Shown: positions 19,174-28,123 of the stretch, piece by piece | Layout of the letters: the number at the start of each line of letters is the position of its first letter | Numbering within the stretch: position 1 is the first letter of the stretch | Assembly (NCBI RefSeq): GCF_017876815.1 | Contig: NZ_JAGIOS010000003.1 | Location: forward strand, 1,170,001 to 1,202,000 | Source: Sinorhizobium meliloti | Lineage (GTDB): Bacteria > Pseudomonadota > Alphaproteobacteria > Rhizobiales > Rhizobiaceae | Direction: 5' to 3' | DNA length: 32,000 nt | The notes under the pieces: model-generated | The model's database searches: none | Seen by the model: only the letters and a program-made list of their open reading frames with translations | Told to the model about the DNA's origin: nothing | Made by a program: the position numbers and the translations under genes

Positions 19174-22100
19174 ACTCTAGCCTCCTCGGGCGCCGTCGAT
19201 GATTCGATATTGACCAGGAATGCTTTGTATTCCGGCGTTTCGATATTGGCGTCACCGACGAAAGGCGCGAGCGAGTTGGGGCCGAGGCCCTTTTTCGCCG
19301 AGCCGGTGAACCCCCAGTGAAGCGGAATGCCCACCACATGGACCGGCTTGCCGTCGCACATCAGCGGCCGGATGCGCTTGGTCACCACCGCCTTCGCCTT
19401 GACCGAACCACGCTTCGACCACACCCGGACCCAGCCGCCGTTTTCGATATTCTTCTCCTCTGCCAGTTCCTCGGAGATCTCGACGAAGAATTCCGGCTGA
19501 AGCGCGGAATTCACGCGGTTATGCTTGGTCCAGTAGTGGAAGTGTTCCGTCAGCCGGTAGGAAGTAGCCGCGTAAGGGAACTCGTCCGACAGCCCCATCT
19601 GCGCCACGTCCGTCTGAAAGACGCGGCTGACCGGGTTGCCCCGCATCTTCGGATTGAAGACGTTGGCGACGGGGGATTCGAAAGGCTCCATATGGGCCGG
19701 GAACGGCCCGTCCCGCATCAAACCGCGTGAAAACAGGCGTGCAGTCCCCTCCTGGTTCATGATGAACGGGCCGATTTCGTCCGGCTTTGCCGTAGGAGCA
19801 ATATCGGGCACATCGTAGCCCGCCCACTTCGTGCCATCCCACTCGAGCAGCTTACGTGAGGGATCCCACGGCTTGCCCTGCAAATCGGCCGAAGCACGAT
19901 TGTAGAGCGTGCGGCGATTAAGCGGCCAGGCGAATGACCAGCCGAGATAAGCGCCAGTGTCGTCCGGATCGTGGTTGTCGCGGCGGGCCATATTGTTGCC
20001 CTGCTCGTTGAAGTTGCCGGAATAGATCCAGCAACCGCACATGGTCGAACCGTCGTCCCTGAGTTGCGAGAAGTTCAGGATCTGCTTGCCGGCCGCGACC
20101 TGCACCTTCATCGGGTTGGCAGGATCCATGAGGTCCGTCAGTGCCCGACCGTTGATTTCCTTCGCCAGCTCCTCCGGCGTAGGTTCGTTCGGATCGGCAT
20201 AGTCCCATGACAAGTTCAGGATCGGATCGGGGAACGCGCCACCCTCGTTGCGATACATCTCCTTCATCCTGAGGAATATCTGGGCGACGATGTAAGTGTC
20301 GTGCTTTGCTTCGCCGGGGGGTGTTCCACCTGCCCAGTGCCACTGCAACCATCGGCCCGAGTTTGTCAGCGAGCCCTCTTCCTCCGCAAAGCAGGTCGTG
20401 GGCAGCTGGAACACCTCGGTCTGGATGGATGCGGTATCGACAGGGTTGAAGTCGCCATGGTTTTCCCAGAACCGTGCGGTCTCTGTGTCGAGCGGGTCCA
20501 TCGTGACGAGCCACTTCAGGTTCGACAGCGCCTTGGTGTTCTTGTCCCGGTTCGGGAAGGCAAGAAGTGGGTTGAAGCCCTGGCAGATGTAGCCATTGAC
20601 CTTGCCGGCATACATCAGCTCGAACACGCGAAGCACATCATAGGCCGGCACGTCGAGCTTGGAGAGGTAATTGAAGGCCCAGTCGTTGTCGATCCGGGCG
20701 GCATCCCCCCACATGGCCTTCTGGAAGGAGACCATGAACTTCCTGTAGTTCTGCCAGTAACTTGTCTGCCCTGGACGCAATGGTTTGAACTGGCGTGTCG
20801 ACATATAGGTCGTGAAATCCACGTCCTTTTCCGTCGGCATCGTCAGATACCCCGTGAGCAGATGCGACATTAGACCGAGGTCAGTCAGTCCCTGGATGTT
20901 GGAGTGGCCGCGAAGCGCGTTCATGCCGCCGCCGCGCACGCCGATATTGCCGAGGATGAGCTGCAGCATGGCCATGGCGCGGATGTTTTGCGAACCGCTG
21001 GAATGCTGGGTCCAGCCGAGCGCATACATCGACGTCATCGTCTTTGTCGGAGACGAGCATTCCGAGATCATCTCGGCAACCTTGAGGAACTTGTCCTTGG
21101 GCGTGCCGCAGATCCGTTCCACCATTTCCGGCGTATAGGGGGCGAGGTGCGCCTTCAGCAGATTCCAGACACAACGCGGGTGCTGGAGCGCCGGGTCAGT
21201 CACGACGAAGCCGTCGTCGCCGAGGACATAGTCCCACGTCGACTTGTCATAGTCGCGCTTTTCCGCGTCGTAGCCCGTGAAGAGGCCGTCCTGGTAGCCG
21301 AAGCCGTCCTTGACGAGATAGGAGGCGTTGGTGAACGCCTTCATATAGTCCCACTGCACCTTGTCGTTGTCGATGCAATACTTCATCACCCCGTTGAGGA
21401 AGGCGATGTCGGTTCCCTGACGGATGGGAGCGTAATAGTCGGATACGGACGCGGTGCGGGTATAGCGCGGATCGACCACGATCAGCTTCGCGCCCCGCGT
21501 GGCCTTCGCCTCGGTCACCCATTTGAAGCCGCAGGGATGCGCTTCGGCCGCATTGCCGCCCATGACGACTACGAGGTCGGTATTTTTGATGTCGGTCCAG
21601 GAGTTGGTCATCGCTCCACGGCCAAATGTTGGGCCCAAACTGGACACCGTAGGGCCGTGTCAGACGCGCGCCTGATTATCGAAACCGACTATTCCCAGAG
21701 CCTTGGCGAATTTGAAGGTCGCCCAAGCCGTTTCATTGGTGGTCGCCGACGCGGCGAGCATGCCGACCGTCGTCCAGCGATTGACCGGAACGCCTGCGGC
21801 ATTCGCCGCGACGAAATTGGCGTCGCGGTCATCCTTCATCAACCGTGCGATGCGGTCGAAAGCATCCTCCCAGGAGATACGCTCGAACTTATCCGAGCCC
21901 GGCTTGCGGTGCATCGGATACTGGAGACGGGTCGGGGACTTCACGAAGTCCTTGAGCGCCGCCCCCTTGGGACAGAGCGTACCGCGGTTGGTCGGATGAT
22001 CCGCATCGCCTTCGATGTGAATGATGTCGGCAGCCTCACCCTTGCGGAGGTCGCCCTTCGAATAGATGATGACGCCACAGGCGACGGAACAGTAGGGACA

Positions 22101-22259
22101 GGTGTTGCGCGTTTCGGTGGTCGTCGTCAGCTTGTGAGGCCGGACATGCGCGACGACCGCCGCCTCAGCCTCACCAAACCCCATCGCACCGAGTGACGTT
22201 GCCGCAGCCCCTGCTCCAGCCAGCTTCAAAAAGCTGCGCCGTGAGAGGTCTACATTCAT
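19170..22259 (-). CDS. fdoG: Formate dehydrogenase-N/O type, molybdopterin alpha subunit, selenocysteine-containing (in-frame UGA at 21660..21662)
   Basis: Track ORFs 21660..22274 and 19170..21647 share one frame and are joined by a single TGA. The junction reads [30 protein letters not shown], the conserved FdnG/FdoG active-site context. Tat leader [20 protein letters not shown]; the ATG at 22259 has GGAGG 8 nt upstream. The N-terminal 4Fe-4S motif is CPYCSVACG. Confidence 0.93.
21617..21659 (-). promoter_or_regulatory. Candidate SECIS stem-loop immediately 3' of the fdoG UGA
   Basis: The mRNA reads UGA-CACGGCCCUACGGUGUCCAGUUUGGGCCCAACAUUUGGCCGUG. The outer 7-bp stem is CACGGCC/GGCCGUG. An alternative inner hairpin pairs GGCCC/GGGCC around a small apical stem, ACGG-UGU-CC(A)GU. 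This was folded by eye only. Confidence 0.5.
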
Positions 22260-22417
22260 GGGAACAGCCTCCATCTCGTGTCAGCAACAATGGAGTCTAT
22301 GCCTCGACACCAGCAAGTCAAGGTGGAGTGATATCGTCAAAGAAAGCCGCCGCAGCGAGCGGAGGCGGGCATCCAGAGAGAGGACGCGCCTGTGTTGCGC
22401 GTCAGTTGCCGAATAAT

Positions 22418-22433
22418 GTTCCCCGCGGGGAAT
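22418..22433. promoter_or_regulatory. parS-like 16-bp palindrome, copy 1 (GTTCCCCGCGGGGAAT, 15/16)
   Basis: Matches the repABC centromere consensus GTTNNCNGCNGNNAAC except for the last base. It lies 9 bp from copy 2. Confidence 0.6.
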
Positions 22434-22442
22434 TCGGAGAGT

Positions 22443-22458
22443 GTTCCCCGCGGGGAAC
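22443..22458. promoter_or_regulatory. parS-like 16-bp palindrome, copy 2 (GTTCCCCGCGGGGAAC)
   Basis: Perfect palindrome, identical to copies 3-6; fits GTTNNCNGCNGNNAAC. Confidence 0.75.
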
Positions 22459-22761
22459 ATTGGAACCGTGGGACCAGTTCCGGTCCTAGCCGAGTGGTGG
22501 GTTGCCGCGCTCAGGAGTGGCGGAAGTTATCAGCACGATAGCTTCCATAAGGCCGTAAAATGTGTTTTTCTTCAATAACTTATAGCAGCCTCAGAAAACA
22601 CTCGTCATGCCCGTCCGACCAGCATCACAAACCTTACCTTAAGTCGGCCGGCTCCCGCAAACTGTAATTTCTCGGCCACTAATGCCACGGCTTTTGGAGC
22701 TGTCAGCGTGACCATTGCGCATCGCCGCAGTCGGATCTGCCGCTGTCTCGCTGTTTAGCTC

Positions 22762-22787
22762 GAAAGCCGAAAGCCGAAAGCCGAAGG
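22762..22787. repeat. Short tandem heptamer repeat (GAAAGCC x3 plus a partial unit)
   Basis: The sequence cgaaagccgaaagccgaaagccgaaggc was read directly in non-coding DNA between fdoG and repA. Confidence 0.6.
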
Positions 22788-23102
22788 CATATGTCTGGCC
22801 CTGCTCTAGCTCGCCGAGCGACTTGAGAGACAAGCTACGATTGGAATGATCAAAGTAGGTTCACCGCCGGTTCGCCGCCACGGATACACGCACCCAGCCG
22901 TGCGGCCTGACCACCCATGACGCCCTGCCCTCCTCTGTCAGCGGTCCGAGCGACCAGCGTCCTTCGCAAAGGCATGGGGTTCTTCGGGGGCCGATTAGAG
23001 GCAATCCTTCACGGGAAGGCTTCTACAGCAAAAGCCGGCTGCCGGGCCAATCGGCGCCGAGCGTGACTCTCGTCTTGCGGCGTTGTCGAGATCTCCTCCA
23101 AA

Positions 23103-23118
23103 GTTCCCCGCGGGGAAC
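23103..23118. promoter_or_regulatory. parS-like 16-bp palindrome, copy 3
   Basis: GTTCCCCGCGGGGAAC, perfect. Confidence 0.75.
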
Positions 23119-23219
23119 AGTTGAAGCTTGGCATTCGGCCGCACCTGAAGCGCCGGGAAAGTCAGACCCGCGGCAAAGTCGATCACCGTCTATTGGATCG
23201 CCACCTGGCCGCGAGTAGT

Positions 23220-23235
23220 GTTCCCCGCGGGGAAC
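23220..23235. promoter_or_regulatory. parS-like 16-bp palindrome, copy 4
   Basis: GTTCCCCGCGGGGAAC, perfect. Confidence 0.75.
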
Positions 23236-23592
23236 ACAGTCGTGCACGACGTTTTGCGCGACGGCGAATGAAGCCTCGGCAAGACCGTGAGAGAACGCCA
23301 AGTGAACCGTCGAGTTCCACCGCGGCGGTCGAGCAGGGCGGTAGTGCCGCGGCGACCGGCTTAAAAGAAGTTCCTATCGCAAGACATCGTCAGCCGCTCG
23401 ACACGATAGTCCGTCCAAAGGATACCGACACTCGTGCAACCAGCGTGTCCTTTAATGCGGCCGCACTTTCCCGCCTCAACAGGAAGTTTGCCTTTCACCG
23501 AAGCAACCGGGCCCGACATTTCGTCCTCTAGCGGCATCTCACACCCGCCGTAGATGATCGCATCAACGGAGCTACGGTTGGCACGCCGCCAA

Positions 23593-23608
23593 GTTCCCCG
23601 CGGGGAAC
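23593..23608. promoter_or_regulatory. parS-like 16-bp palindrome, copy 5
   Basis: GTTCCCCGCGGGGAAC, perfect. Confidence 0.75.
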
Positions 23609-23944
23609 GCTTGGCTTCACTCTTGTCTGAGGCAATCGTCTGGACGAAATCATATTACGGGAACAGGTCCTGCCGATTGCGAAATCTACGCAACCTTCAC
23701 CGCTACTCTAGTCTCGAGGCGCGGCCTATGCATTGTGTATCTCCGGCAACCTGTTCGCGCCAGAACGCCGCCGGCTTTCCGGCGGAGAATCATCCGATGC
23801 AGTCGTTGCTCGGTCATGGCCCACGAGATTGAGGCAGGCCGGAGCGCAGGCGAGCACCGAGATGCCGAGCTGTTCCCAATACGGCACATATGTCTCGCCT
23901 TGGCGAGCAGTCGGTACTGCGCGCCAGCGTCCGTCGCTTCGAGA

Positions 23945-23960
23945 GTTCCCCGCGGGGAAC
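23945..23960. promoter_or_regulatory. parS-like 16-bp palindrome, copy 6 (palindrome extends to 22 bp, AGAGTTCCCCGCGGGGAACTCT)
   Basis: GTTCCCCGCGGGGAAC, perfect, about 300 bp upstream of repA. Confidence 0.75.
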
Positions 23961-24256
23961 TCTGCGAAGAGTTCGGCAGATCTCCATTCAAAGCAACGGC
24001 CAACCATTTCCGCAGTGAACCACTATTGCGTCTCGGCCCAGCGACGTCTGCGCACATCTTCGTCCAAAAAGACGCGGGGAGGGTCGAGGACCGGCATGCA
24101 CTGGCGCCTTCCCACCGGCTCCGTGCGTCATCCACAGCGCGCATTGATGGCCATAGCCGAATCGGAGTACGTCTTAGTTGCGGAAATTTTTCGAATTTGC
24201 GTGTTTTCGAGTAGTTACGTGGCGATTAGCAAGCGGTTAACCACTTCACTGCTTAA

Positions 24257-25462
24257 GTGACGGAAACGATCACAGGGATTCTTTCGATGACGCGACACCT
24301 AAGCAGCCTCGCTTTCATGGAGAATTTTTCCAGTAAGCTCGAAATGGCACTGAACAACTTGAGCATGGCGCAGTTCCCCCCGAACGCGCGTCGCACAATG
24401 CGCAAGTTCACCTCTACCGAAGTTGCCACCCTGCTGGGCGTAACCGAGGCCTATATCCGCCAGGTTGCCGCCAAGGAACAGGGCCCTGAGCCCGAAATCG
24501 CCAACGGCCGGCGCTTCTACACGCTCGAGCAGGTTCTTGAACTACGTATGGCTCTTGCGGCAAACGGCCGGAAGAAATGGATGAATCCCCGCCGGACAGG
24601 CGATGAGCAATGCCAGATCGTTGCGGTCACCAACTTCAAGGGCGGCTCCAGCAAGACCTCTACCACAATCCATCTCGGTCACTATCTGGCACTCAAGGGC
24701 TATCGCGTGCTGGCGGTCGATCTCGACCCCCAAGCATCTCTCACCGCGCTCCATGGTAGCCTGCCGGAATTCGATTACCGTGGCGGTGATACACTTTTCT
24801 CAGCCATTCGTTTCGACGATCCCGTCCCGACGAAATCCATCATCCACAAGACCCACATCGTTGGTTTCGACGTCATCTGTGCCGGCCTCGAACTGACCGA
24901 GTTCGAGACGGCCGTCGCACTCGAGATGCGGCGGTCAGCAGGAACCGGTTTCTTGCTTCGCGTTTCTCAAGCTCTGGAGCAGGTCGCCGATGACTACGAC
25001 TTCGTCCTTATGGACTCGGCTCCGTCGCTGAACTTCCTGACACTTTCGTCGCTGACCGCCGCGACTGGGGTCATCATCCCGGTTCCGGCACATATGCTGG
25101 ATGTGGACTCGACCGCAAAGTTTTTGGAGCTTGCCGGGTCGTACATGCAGATCCTGAATGAGGTGGGGACCGCCGCTCAATGGGACTTCGCCAAGTTCCT
25201 GATCACAAAGTTCGAGCCGAACGATCATCCGCAAGCGAATATGTCCGCGCTGATGAGACAGGTGTTCGGCGAGGATCTGCTCCTCAACTCCGTCATCAAG
25301 TCGACCGCGGTGGCCGATGCTCTGACGTGGAAGCAGAGCCTTTACGAGGTTCAGAGGTCCCGATTTTCGGCGCCGAAAACCTACGACCGCGCCATCGAGT
25401 CGATCAATGCTGCCAATGCTGAACTCGAGGGCCTCTTCTGGAAGGCATGGGGGAGAGAATGA
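24257..25462 (+). CDS. repA: Plasmid partitioning ATPase RepA (ParA family)
   Basis: Deviant Walker A KGGSSKTSTT, VLAVDLDPQASLT, and an N-terminal HTH-like segment. The start is uncertain (GTG at 24257 or ATG at 24287). The stop overlaps the repB ATG. Confidence 0.9.
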   Translation: MTETITGILSMTRHLSSLAFMENFSSKLEMALNNLSMAQFPPNARRTMRKFTSTEVATLLGVTEAYIRQVAAKEQGPEPEIANGRRFYTLEQVLELRMALAANGRKKWMNPRRTGDEQCQIVAVTNFKGGSSKTSTTIHLGHYLALKGYRVLAVDLDPQASLTALHGSLPEFDYRGGDTLFSAIRFDDPVPTKSIIHKTHIVGFDVICAGLELTEFETAVALEMRRSAGTGFLLRVSQALEQVADDYDFVLMDSAPSLNFLTLSSLTAATGVIIPVPAHMLDVDSTAKFLELAGSYMQILNEVGTAAQWDFAKFLITKFEPNDHPQANMSALMRQVFGEDLLLNSVIKSTAVADALTWKQSLYEVQRSRFSAPKTYDRAIESINAANAELEGLFWKAWGRE

Positions 25463-26460
25463 GCCGCAAGGATTCCAAGGGCCTTTTTGCCAATGTCCTG
25501 GGACAGCTGGAAAATTCTGCAGAGAAGGGCGGGATGCAGCGGTCGACATCGCCACATCTTCTCAAAGTTGCAGCCGGCGTCCGTCAGATGCAGGAACGCA
25601 GCGAACTTGCCGAACGCCTTCTCAAGGATGGTGGCCAGATCGTCGAGATCGATCCAGACGAGATCATGGAATCGGCCATCCGGGATCGCTTTGATTCCGG
25701 CTACAGCGAAGCCGGTATTGCGGATTTGCTCGAGTCGATGCGCGAGCATGGACAGAGTACTCCTGGCTTGGTCCGCCCGGTTCGAGGGGCCGCAAGGCCG
25801 TTTCAGATCGTATTTGGCCGGCGCCGGCTTGCCGCTGCCAAACTCCTCGGCATCAAGTTCAAGGCAATCGCCCGGGAACTTAGCGACGAAGATGCGATCG
25901 TTCTCCAAGGGGAAGAGAACAGCAACCGCAAGGACCTGTCCTTCATCGAACGATGCCTTTTTGCGCAATCGCAGGAGGCTGCCGGCTATCGCCGCGACGT
26001 GATCTGCAAGTCCCTGAGCACCGGCAGGTCGCATATCTCCGAAATGATCCGGATAGCGGCAGCATTGCCGCGCGAGATCCTGATGCAGATTGGTCCGGCT
26101 CCTGAAATCGGACGGCGCAGGTGGATCGAGTTCGAAGTGCGCTGGGCGGCTCACCGGGAGCCCGCGAAGGTGGCGCAGTTGGTTCTGGAGCAAGACCAGA
26201 TTCAAGCCTCTTCCAGCGAGCTACGCTTCGCTGCGGTTTTTGAAGCGCTTACCAAGGCGGATGTAAAGGCTGCAGCGTCTTCCACAACCGATCTGATCTC
26301 TCATGGCCTCGTGCTTGGCCAGATCCAACACGGCAAGTCGGCTGCGAAGCTGACATTCAACAAGTCTGTGCCTTCAGGCTTTGTCGATTTCATTGCAGGT
26401 CAGATCGAAAGCCTGCACGACCAGTTCATGCAAAAGCAGAATTCGAAACAAGGAGACTAA
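25459..26460 (+). CDS. repB: Plasmid partitioning protein RepB (ParB family)
   Basis: ParB-box region HGQSTPGLVRPV...FQIVFGRRRLAAAKLLG, with an HTH further on. The ATG at 25459 overlaps the repA TGA (ATGA) and follows GGGAGAG. The track alternative is the ATG at 25447. Confidence 0.88.
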   Translation: MSRKDSKGLFANVLGQLENSAEKGGMQRSTSPHLLKVAAGVRQMQERSELAERLLKDGGQIVEIDPDEIMESAIRDRFDSGYSEAGIADLLESMREHGQSTPGLVRPVRGAARPFQIVFGRRRLAAAKLLGIKFKAIARELSDEDAIVLQGEENSNRKDLSFIERCLFAQSQEAAGYRRDVICKSLSTGRSHISEMIRIAAALPREILMQIGPAPEIGRRRWIEFEVRWAAHREPAKVAQLVLEQDQIQASSSELRFAAVFEALTKADVKAAASSTTDLISHGLVLGQIQHGKSAAKLTFNKSVPSGFVDFIAGQIESLHDQFMQKQNSKQGD

Positions 26461-26465
26461 CCCGC

Positions 26466-26503
26466 AAAAGAAAAAGGCCCCCAACGAACAAGCCGTGGAA
26501 GCC
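26466..26503 (-). terminator. Rho-independent terminator of the candidate ctRNA
   Basis: Minus-strand RNA GGCUUCCACGGCUUGUUCGUUGGGGGCC forms 7 bp (including 2 G-U) plus 3 bp with one bulged U and a 7-nt loop. It is followed by UUUUUCUUUU. There is no U-tract on the plus strand. Confidence 0.65.
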
Positions 26504-26520
26504 TTCCTCAGATTTGTAGC
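26466..26520 (-). ncRNA. Candidate repABC counter-transcribed RNA (ctRNA / inc-alpha) in the repB-repC intergenic region
   Basis: Minus-strand promoter-like TTGACT (26551..26556), 17-nt spacer, GATTCT (26528..26533). About 55 nt downstream is a strand-specific intrinsic terminator. Position, size and orientation match what is known for repABC operons. Confidence 0.6.
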
Positions 26521-26615
26521 AAGATCGAGAATCGCATTTCCACGAATCACAGTCAAGAGTCCTTGGCACCGTTTTTGGTGAGCTGCTTTCTTTTGCCTAA
26601 TCGAAGGTGAAGGAA

Positions 26616-27821
26616 ATGGAAAGTGGAAGTGTGACGACGCCCTTTGGGCGGCGGTCGATGACGCTTGCCTTGTTGGCAGGCCAGTTCATCTCCCGCGACA
26701 TCGAACCTGGAAAGTCGGTCGACAAGTGGAAACTGTTTCGCTCGCTTTGTGCGGCCAAACGCCGGCTCGGCATCAGCGATCGGACGCTGGCCGTTCTGAA
26801 CGCGCTGTTGAGCTTCTATCCGGAGAACACGCTAAGCGGAGAGACCAGTCTGGTCGTCTTTCCCTCGAACGTTCAGCTGTCACTGAGAGCTCATGGGATG
26901 GCCGAGGCTACGCTCAGAAGGCATCTGGCCGCCCTCGTCGATGCAGGCCTGGTCGCTCGCAAGGACAGTCCGAACGGCAAGCGCTATGCACGCAAGACTC
27001 GCGATGGAGCGATCGGCACAGCATTCGGCTTTTCGCTCGCACCGCTTTTGGCCCGCTCCGGCGAAATAGAGCGACTCGCGGCCGAAGCCGAGGCTGATCG
27101 GATCGAGCTGCAGCGGCTACGCGAGCGACTGACGCTCTGCCGCAGAGACATCGCCAAGTTGATAGACGTGGTGCTCGAAGAACTGCCCGGCGACTGGACG
27201 TCTCTGCAGGAAGATTTCCGAAGCCTCGTCCAGGCTATACCGAGGACGCCCGATATCGCTGATCTCACCGCTTTGGTAGAGGCGTTCGAAACGCTGCGCG
27301 AACAGGTGGCTAACCAATTGCAAACGCGCATAAAACTCCAAGAGATGAGCGGCAATCCCGATCAAACTGAGCGGCACAAACAGGAATCAAAACCCGAATC
27401 TATTATTGAACTTGAACGTTGCCCTCGGAATGAGCGGTCAGACGGCCAGGCCGGTGAACCGGCTCACGAGGCAAAAAGGGCCTTTCCGCTGGGAATGGTA
27501 CTGAAAGCCTGCCCGGAAATCATGAACTACGGTCCTGACGGTGCGGTGAGAAGTTGGCGCGACCTTATGATCGCTGCGGTTACGGTACGATCTATGCTTG
27601 GCGTTTACCCCTCGGCCTATCAGGAGGCCTGCGAGGTCATGGGACCAGAAAACGCCGGGGTCGCCGTTGCCTGCATCCTGGAGAGGGCAGGGCATATCAA
27701 CTCTGCTGGCGGGTATCTGCGCGATCTGACCGGCAAAGCGCGGCAAGGGAAATTCTCGCTCGGCCCGATGCTGATGGCGTTGCTCAGGGCGAATGGCTTC
27801 GACAGGCGGGGGGTGTTGTGA
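26616..27821 (+). CDS. repC: Replication initiator RepC
   Basis: RepC signature region RTLAVLNALLSFYPE...VVFPSNVQLSLRAHGMAEATLRRHLAALVDAGLVARKDSPNGKRYA. The ATG at 26616 follows AAGGTGAAGGA. The track start is the GTG at 26607. Confidence 0.9.
   Translation: MESGSVTTPFGRRSMTLALLAGQFISRDIEPGKSVDKWKLFRSLCAAKRRLGISDRTLAVLNALLSFYPENTLSGETSLVVFPSNVQLSLRAHGMAEATLRRHLAALVDAGLVARKDSPNGKRYARKTRDGAIGTAFGFSLAPLLARSGEIERLAAEAEADRIELQRLRERLTLCRRDIAKLIDVVLEELPGDWTSLQEDFRSLVQAIPRTPDIADLTALVEAFETLREQVANQLQTRIKLQEMSGNPDQTERHKQESKPESIIELERCPRNERSDGQAGEPAHEAKRAFPLGMVLKACPEIMNYGPDGAVRSWRDLMIAAVTVRSMLGVYPSAYQEACEVMGPENAGVAVACILERAGHINSAGGYLRDLTGKARQGKFSLGPMLMALLRANGFDRRGVL
27305..27420. other. Candidate oriV (A+T-rich segment inside repC)
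   Basis: This is locally the most AT-rich stretch of repC (taaccaattgcaaacgcgcataaaactccaagag...caggaatcaaaacccgaatctattattgaacttgaacgtt). In studied repABC replicons the origin lies within repC in such a region. Confidence 0.35.
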
Positions 27822-28123
27822 TCCCGGCCTTCTAGGGGAGTAACGCTGGGGACGCAATGGCACGAGCATATTGCCGACCCGCGGGTGCCGAGCGACTCCA
27901 CTCAGGCGAAATCGTCAGCGGCAACCCGTGAGCGTCTGAGCGTGCTCCAATTTCGTCGGTGGCCTTGCTTTGAGATCAGCGCGGCCTCCTTGGCTACCTT
28001 CCAGTGAGATGCCTACATCCGGGTACAATTTCGGCGGTTTCGCAAACATCCCGGATACGCCGCCCAGGCACAACACACGTCGTCAAATGTCGCGATCGTG
28101 CGACGCAACGAACGGAGTGTCTG

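Noticed and set aside
19170-21647. 825-aa ORF starting at MSSLGPTFG as an independent gene
   Set aside because: It is the C-terminal part of fdoG, and the upstream ORF 21660..22274 is in the same frame. They are separated only by the Sec UGA in the conserved ARV-U-HGPTV context.
22418-23960. Repeated identical 16-mers considered as a CRISPR array
   Set aside because: The repeats are 16-bp perfect palindromes, too short for CRISPR. Their spacing is highly irregular (25 to 660 bp), there are no cas genes, and they lie upstream of repA. This fits parS sites instead.
23121-24260. ORFs 23121..23531, 23686..24144, 23726..24007, 23733..24260 and 23735..24214 in the fdoG-repA spacer
   Set aside because: They are mutually overlapping in several frames and Arg/Ser/Ala-rich. 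They have no RBS or motifs and are crossed by parS palindromes, so I treat the region as non-coding.
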